Source: the human T2T-CHM13v2.0 reference genome, Homo sapiens. Taken from it: a DNA stretch of 64,000 bases. The position numbers and the translations under genes are program-made. The notes beneath the pieces were generated by a model that had not been told where the DNA came from, ran no database searches, and saw only the letters and a list, made by a program, of their open reading frames with translations. This document shows positions 55,981 to 64,000 of this stretch, piece after piece (position 1 is the first letter of the stretch; each line of letters opens with the position of its first letter). The stretch is from the NCBI RefSeq assembly GCF_009914755.1, contig NC_060941.1; one strand, 5' to 3'.

Positions 55981-58900
55981 GTTCATTTGATGATTCCATT
56001 CAATTCCATTCGATGATGATTCCATTCAATTCCATTCAATGATTCCATTTGATTCCTTTTGATGATTATTCCATTCGTGTCCATTCAGTGATTCCTTTTG
56101 ATTACAATAGAAGATGATTCCATTTGATTTCATTCGATAATATCATTCTATACCATTCGCTGATGATTCCATTTGAGTGCATTCCATGATACCATTCGAT
56201 CCCATTCAATGATGAATCCATTTGATTTCACACGATGATTCCATTCAATTCCATTCTATGATGATTCCATTTGACTCCATTTGAGGATGATTCTATTCAA
56301 TGATTCCATTCGATTCTATTCGATGGTGATTCCATTCGATTTCATTCGATGCTGATTCCAGTCAATTCCATTCGAAAATTCCATTTGATTCCATTCGATG
56401 ATTCCCTTCGATTACATTTGATGATGATTCCATTCGATTCCATTTGATGATTCCATTCGATTCTATTCGATGATGATTCCATTTGATTCCATTTGATGAT
56501 GACAGCAATCGATTCCAATCGATAATTCCATTTGATTCCATTCAATGATGATTCCGATCGATTCCATTCAATGATTCCATTCGATTCCATTTGATGATTC
56601 CATTTGATTCCATTCGATAATGATTCCATTCTCATCCATTCGATGATTTCATTCGAGCCCATTCGATAATTGCATTTAAGTCCATTCGATAATTCCATGT
56701 GGGTCCATTTAATCATTCCATTTGAATCCATTTGATGATGATTCCATTTGAGTACATTCAATGATTCCATTCAATTCCATTCGATGATCTTTCCATTTGA
56801 GTCCATTCAATGATTCCATTTAAGTCCATTTGATGATTCCTTTCAATTCAATATGATGATGATTCCATCCGAGTCCATTCGATGATTCCACTCTATTCTT
56901 TTCCATGATGATTCCATTCAAGTCCATTCGATGATTCCATTTGACTTAGTTTGATGATGATTCCATTCAATTGTATTCGATGATTCCATTCTATTTCATT
57001 CGATGATGGTTCCGTTTGACTCCATTTGATGATTCCATTCGATTCAATTTAATGATTCCATTGGGTTCAGTTTGATGATGATTACATTGGATTCCATTCT
57101 ATGATTCCATTCAATTCCATTCGTTCATGATTCCATTTGATTACATTCGATGATGATTCCATTCGATTTCATTCTATGATTCTAATCGATTCCATTCGAT
57201 GATGATTCAATTCTATTCCATTCGATGATTCCATTTGATGATGATTCCATTCGATGATGATTCCATTCAATTCGATTTGATGATGATTCCATTCAATTCC
57301 ATTCAATGATGATTCCATTCGAGTCCATTCGAAGATTCCATTCGATTACATTCCATGAAGAGTCAATTCAATTCCATTCTATGATTCCATTTGACTCCAT
57401 TTGACGATGATTCCATTCGATTCTATTCAATAATTCCATTCGATTTCATTCGATGATGATTCCTTTCGACTCCATTCGATGATTCCATTCAATTCCAGTT
57501 GATGATTCCATTCGATTCCATTCCATGTTTCCATTGGATTCCATTTGATGATGATTCCATTCCATTCCATTCAATGATTCCATTCGATTCCATTAGATGA
57601 TGATTCCATTCGAGTCCATTCAATGATTCCATTCGATTCCATTCGATGATAATTCCATTCGAGTCCATTTGATGTTTCTATTTGATACTATTCTATAATG
57701 ATTCCACTCGAGTCCATTCGATGATTGCTTTTGAGTCTATTTGAAGATTCCATTCGATAACATTCGATGATGTTTCCATTCGTGTTCATTCGATAATTCC
57801 ATTTGATTCCACTCGATGATGTCAGCATTCGCTTCCATTTGGTGATGATTCCAAAGGATTCCATTGGATGACTCCATTCAATTCAATTCTTTGATGATTC
57901 CATTCAATTCCATTCGATTATGATTCCATTCAATTCCATTGGATGATGATTTCATTCAATTCCATTCCATGATGATTCCATTCGATTCCATTCAATAATG
58001 ATTCCATTCAATTACATTCTATGATTCCATTCAATTCCATTCAATGATGATTCCATTCGATTCCATTTGTTGATTCCATTTGATTTCATTCAATGATGAA
58101 TCCATTCGATTCCATTCTGTCATTCCATTTGATTCCATTCAATGATGATTCCATTCAATTCCATTTGATGATTCCATTTGATTCCATTCGATAATGATTC
58201 CATTGGAATCCATTCAGTGATTCCATTCGATTCTATTCGATGAAGATTCCATTAGAGTCCATTTGATGATTCCATTCAAGTCCATTCAATGATTCCTTTC
58301 AATTCCACTCGATGTTGATTTCATTCAAGTCCATTCGATGATTCCATTCGAGTGCATTCCATTATTCCATTCAATTCCATTCGATGATGATTCCATTCGA
58401 GTCCATTCCATGATTCCATTTGATTTTATTTGATGATGATTCCGTTTGATTCTGTTCGATGATTCCATTCGAGTCCTTTCAATGATGATTTTATTCAATT
58501 GCATTCGATGATGATCCCATTCCATTTCAGTCTATGATTCTATTCGATTCCATTAGATGAAGACTCAATTCTATTCCATTTGATGATTCCATATGATTTC
58601 ATTCAATGATGATTCCATTCGATTCCATTTGATGATGATTCCATTCGATTGCATTCAATGATGATTTGATTCGAGTCCATTCGAAGATTACATTCGATTA
58701 CATTCCATAACAATGCCATTTGTGTCCATTCGATGATTCCATTCGACTCCATTCGAGGATGATTCCATGCAATGCTATTCGTTGTTTCCCATCTATTCCA
58801 TTCAATGATGATTCCATTCATCTCCATTCGATGATTCCATTCAAGTCCATTCTATTATTCCATTAGATTCCTTTTGATGATGATTCCATTCGATGCCATT

Positions 58901-61257
58901 TGATGATTCCATTCAATTCCATTCATTGATGATTGCATTCATGTCCATTCTATTATTCCATTCGATTCAATTCAATGATGGTTGCATTCTAGTCCATTCG
59001 ATGATTCCATTCGATTCCATTCGATGTTGATTCCATTCGAGTCTTTTCGATCATTCCATTCGATTCCATTCTCCAATGATTTCTTTTGAACCATTCAATG
59101 CTTCCACTCGATTCAATATGATGATGACTCCATTCGATTAAATTCGATGATGATTCCATGTGATTGCATTCGATGATGATTCCACTCGGGTCCATTCGAA
59201 GATTCCATTCGATTACATTCCATGATGATTCCGTTCGAGTCCATTCGATGATTCCTTTCGACTCCATTTGATGATGATTCCATTCGATGCTATTCAATGA
59301 TTCCATTTGATTTCATTCGATTATGATTCCATTCAACTCCATTCAATGATTCCATTCGAGTTCATTCGATTATTCCATTAGATTCCATTCAATGATGATT
59401 CCATTCGATGCCATTCGTTGATTCCATTCGATTCCATTCGATCATGATTACATTCAAGTCCAGTCGATGATGACTGCATTCAATTCCATTCGATGATTCC
59501 ATCTGATTCCATTCGATGAAGATTCCGATCGATTCCATTCGATGATTCCGTTTGATTCCATTCTATGATTCCATTTAATTCCATTCGGTAATGACTCCAT
59601 TCAAGTCCATTCGATGATACCATTTGAGCCCATTCCATAATTCCATTTGAGTCCAATCCTTGATTCCATTAGAGTCCATTCGATCATTCCATTTGAGTCC
59701 ATTTGATGATGATTCCATTCGAGTCCATTCAGTGATCCCACTCGAGTCCATTCAATGATGGCTTTTGATTCCATTAAATGATATTCCATTCGATTCCATT
59801 CAATCATTCCATTCGATTCTATTCAATGATGATTCCATTCATGTCAATTCGGTGATTCCATTCGATTTCATTCGATGATGATTCCTTTCAAGTTCATTAG
59901 ATGATTCCATTCGATTCCATTTGATGATGATTCCATTCGCGTCCATTCAGTGATTCCATTTGATTCCATTCGATGATGATTCCATTCCATTCCATTCATT
60001 GATTCCATTTGATTCCGTTCGATGATGATTTCACTCGAGTCCATTCGATGATTCCACTTCATTCCATTTGCTGATGATTCCATTCGAGTCCTTTTGATGA
60101 TTCTATTTGAATCCATTTGATGATTGCTTTTGATTATATTTGGTGATGATTCCATTTGAGTCCATTCAATGATTCCAATCGATTCCATTCGATGATGATT
60201 CCATTCGAGTCCATTTGATGATTCCATTTGATTCCATTCTCCAATGATTACATTCGAGTCCATTCAATGATTCCACTCGATTCCATACGATGATGATTCC
60301 ATTCGACTCCATTCAATGATTCCATTCTATTCCATTCAATGATGATTCCATTCGAATACATTAGATGATTCCATTCGATTCCATTCGATGATTATTCTAT
60401 TCATGTGCATTAGATGATTCCACACGATTCCATTAGATGATGATACTATTCAAGTCCATTCAATGATTCCCTTCGAATCCATTCGATGATGATTCCATTC
60501 GATTCAATTCATTGGTGATTCCATTCAATTTCATTATTTGATTCCACTCCATTCGACAATGATTCCATTCGATTTCTTTCAATGATTCCACTGGATTCCA
60601 CTTGACAATGATTCCATTCGATTCCATTCAATGATTTCATTTGATTCCAGTCGATGATGATTGCCTTCGATTCCATTCGATCATCCATTCGATTCTGTTT
60701 GATGATGATTCCGTTCGATTCCATTTGATGATTCCATCTGATTCTATTCAAGGATTCCATTCGATTCCATTCGATGATGATTCCATTTGATTCCATTCGA
60801 TGATGATTCCATTTGATTCCATTCGATGATTCCATTCGATTCCATTCAATGATGATTCCTTTCATGTTCATTGATTATTCCATTCCATTCCATTCGATGA
60901 TTCCATTCGAGTCCATCTGATGATTCTATTGGATTCCATCCAATAATTCCTTTTGATTCCAATTGATGATGATTCCTTTCGAGTCCATTCGATGATTATT
61001 CCATTCGATTTTATTCGGTGAATACTTTTGATTCCATTTGATAAAAATTCCATTCATGACCATTTGATGATTCCATTCATTTCATTCGATGATTATTCCA
61101 TTCAATTCAATTCAATGATTCCATTAGATTCCATTTGATGATGATTCCATTCGATTTCTTTCGATGATGATTCCATGCAATTCCATTCAATAATGACCCC
61201 TTTCGGTTCCATTCGATGATGATTCCTTTCGGTTCCTTTTGATGATGATTCATTTGG

Positions 61258-61445
61258 ATTCCATTCGATAATGATTCCATTCCACTACATTTTATGTTAA
61301 TTCATTTCAATTCCATTCTATGATGATTCCATTTGATTCCATTTGATGATGATTCCATTTGATTCCATTCGATAATGTTTCCATTCCACTACATTTGATG
61401 TTAATTCATTTCAATTTCATTCTATGATGATTCCATTTGATTACA
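61258..61445 (+). repeat. 104-bp-offset tandem duplication in HSat2
   Basis: 'tccactacattt...atgttaattcatttcaatt' at 61281 and 61385; single copy at the paralogous site ~18387. Confidence 0.85.
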
Positions 61446-61649
61446 TTCGATGATGATTCCATTCTAGTCCATTCGATGATTCCATTCTTGTCCATTCAGT
61501 GATGATTCCATTCGAATCCATTCGATGATTCCATTCGATTCCTTTCGATGGTTATTCCATTCGAGTCCATTCGGTGATTCCTTTTGATGCCAATTGGAGA
61601 TTATTCCATTCGATTTCATTCAATGGTTCCATTCGATACCATTCATTGA

Positions 61650-61660
61650 TGATTCAATTA
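61650..61660 (-). promoter_or_regulatory. Exact DUX4 consensus motif (TAATTGAATCA on -)
   Basis: TGATTCAATTA on +. Motif only. Confidence 0.45.
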
Positions 61661-64000
61661 GAGTGCATTTGATGATACCATTTGGTTCCATTTGATGATA
61701 ATTCCATTCGATTCCATTCGATGATTCCATTCAATTCCATTCTATGATGATTCCATTCGAGTGCATTTGATGATTCCTTTGGACTCCATTTGATAATGAT
61801 TCCATTCTATGATTCCATTCGATTCTATTCTATGAAGATTACATTCGATTTCATTCGATGCTGATTCCATTCAATTCCATTCGATGATTCCATTTGATTC
61901 CATTCAATGATTCCATTCGATTACATTCGACGACGATTCCATTTGCTTCCATTCGATGACTCCATTCGATTCTATTCAGAGATGATTCCACTTGATTCCA
62001 TTCGATGATGACTGCATTCGATTCCATTTGATGATTCCATTTGATTCCGTTCGATGATGATTCTGATTAATTGCATTCAATGAGTCCCTTCGATTCCATT
62101 TGATGATTCCATTTGATTCTATTCAATAATGATTCCATTCGAGTAAATTTGATGATTCCATTCAATGATATTTGATCATTCCATTTGAGTCCAATTGATG
62201 ATTCCATAGGAGACCATTCGATCATTCCATTTGAGTCCATTCGATAATGATTCCATTCGAGTCCATTCGATAATTCCATTGGAGTCCATTCGATGATTGC
62301 TTTTAATTCCATTCGATGATATTCCATTTGAGTCCATTCGATAATTCCATTCGATGCTATTAGATGATGATTCCATTCGTGTCCATTTGGTGATTCCATT
62401 CGATTTCATTTGATGATTCCATTCGAGCCCATTCAATGATTCCATTCAAGTCCATTTGATGATTCCTTTCAATTCCATTTGATGTTGATTCCATTCGAGT
62501 CCATTCGATGATTCCATTCAATTCCATTCGATGATGATTCCATTCGGGTCCATTTGATGATTCCATTCGATTTCATTCAATGATGATTCCATTCGATTCC
62601 ATTAGATGATGCCATTCTATTCCATTCGATGATGATTCCCTTCGAGTCCATTCGATGATTCCATTCGAGTCCATTTAATGAATTCATTGGGTTCAATTCG
62701 ATGATGATTACATTGGATTCCATTCTGTGATTCCATTCTATTCCATTCGTTGATGATTTGATTCCTTTCGATGATGATTCCATTCGATTTCTTTTGATGA
62801 TTCTATTCGATTCCATTCGATGGTGATTCCTTTTGATTCCATTCAATGATGATTCCATTCTCTTCCATTGGATGATTCCATTTTATTCCATTCAGTGATG
62901 ACTCCATTCGATGATGATTCCATTCGTTTCCATTCGATGATTCCATTCTATTCTATTCGATGATGATTCCATTCGATTCCATTCGATGATGATTGCATTC
63001 GATTCCATTCGATGATTTTATTTGTATCCATTCGATGATGATTCCAAGTAATTCCATTCGATGATTCCATTCGATTCCATTTGATAATGATTACATTTGA
63101 GTCCATTCGATGATTGATTTGAGCCCATTCAATAATTCCATCTGAGTCCTATCAATGATTCCATTCATTTCCATTCAATGATTCCATTAGAGTCCATTCG
63201 GTCATTCCGTTAGTGTCCATTAGTTGATGATTCCATTGGAGTGCATTCGATGATTCCATTCGAGTCTATTTGATAATTCCATTTGAATCCATTCGATGAT
63301 TGCTTTCAATTGCATTCGACGATGATTCCATTCGAGTCAATTCGATGATTCCATTCGATTCCATTCGATGATGATTCCATTCGTGTCCATTCAGTGATTC
63401 CATTCAATTTCATTCGATGATGATTCCTTTCGAATCCATTCGATGATTCCTTTCAATTCCATTCGATGATGATTCCATTCGAGTTCATTTATGTATTCCC
63501 TTTGATTCCATTCGATGATGATTCCATTCGAGTCCTTTCAGTGACTCTATTTGTTTACATTCGATGATGATTCCATTCGAGTCCATTTCATGATTACATT
63601 TGATTCCATTTGATGACGATTCCATTCGAGTCCCTTAGATGATTCCATTTGATTCCATTCGATGATAATTCCATTCGAGCCATTTGATGATTCTATTCGA
63701 ATCCATTTGATGATTGCTTTTTATTATATTCGATTATGATTCCATTCGATTCCATTCGATGATGATTCTATTCGAGCCCATTCAATGATTCCATTCAATT
63801 CCATTCGCTGATGATTGCATTCGGGTCTATTCAATGATTCCATTCGATTCCATTCGATGATGATTACATTTGACATCATTCAATGATTCCATTCGTTTTC
63901 ATTCGATTATGATTCCATTCGATTCTATTAGATGATTCCATTTGATTCCATTCGATCATGATTCCATTCGAGTCCGTTCAATGATTCCATTCGATTCCAT

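Larger units (their letters stand above)
2421..64000 (+). repeat. Human Satellite II (HSat2/HSATII) array, diverged, CATTC strand on +, runs off the right edge of the window
   Basis: Continuous CATTC-derived repeat dominated by GATTCCATTCGATGATTCCATTC (23 bp) and GATTCCATTCGATGATGATTCCATTC (26 bp) monomers with frequent GAGTCCATTC variants. The CATTCGATTC/GATGAT content distinguishes HSat2 from pure (CATTC)n HSat3. No strand switch or inserted element seen. Confidence 0.97.
53960..64000 (+). repeat. Copy 2 of the long internal duplication (paralogue at ~11830-24060), truncated by the window end
   Basis: Same colinear landmark series as copy 1; 63941-64000 aligns to ~24001-24060. Confidence 0.9.

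Noticed and set aside
2459-62858. Hundreds of ORFs encoding MESSNGIEWNH-type peptides (longest 222 aa at 36017-36685)
   Set aside because: They are direct translations of the HSat2 monomer. They overlap in multiple frames because the minus-strand consensus has no stop codons. There is no gene structure or recognisable domain.
2421-64000. CRISPR-like array (23-26-bp repeats)
   Set aside because: Repeats abut each other with no unique spacers, there are no cas genes, and the context is primate TE-derived DNA.
2421-64000. Assignment as HSat3
   Set aside because: Pure (CATTC)n runs are short, at most ~4 units (e.g. 17156-17175, 49407-49426). The dominant CATTCGATTC/GATGAT 23/26-bp monomers are HSat2.
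1-64000. Specific chromosome or HSat2 subfamily assignment
   Set aside because: This cannot be established by eye; it needs alignment to a T2T assembly and subfamily k-mer sets.

Overview
This is primate (most likely human or great ape) pericentromeric DNA at a satellite boundary. Bases 1-2420 are a non-coding, transposon-derived flank. It holds a MER21-family solo LTR (~251-870), a degraded ERVL LTR33-like LTR (~935-1368), a (TG)15 microsatellite and an antisense L1 ORF2-endonuclease fragment (~2140-2355). From ~2421 to the window end the sequence is one uninterrupted Human Satellite II (HSat2/HSATII) array in a single orientation (CATTC on +), built from diverged 23- and 26-bp monomers. I can support no protein-coding gene, RNA gene or CRISPR array, and every ORF in the track is a repeat artefact. 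I found no novel gene-encoded system. The interesting signal is the internal architecture of the satellite: (1) an old ~12-kb duplication ~42 kb apart (11.8-24.1 kb vs 54-64 kb) with a 2.9-kb indel; (2) a younger conversion-like patch inside it, shared with 46.3-46.8 kb; (3) a three-copy block at ~22-kb and ~41-kb offsets; (4) a recent near-perfect 245-bp (5x49) nascent higher-order repeat; (5) many small in-register tandem duplications; (6) four exact DUX4 consensus sites. All alignments were done by eye from rare landmark variants, so boundaries are approximate, and repeat-family names come from recalled consensus sequences, not a database search.
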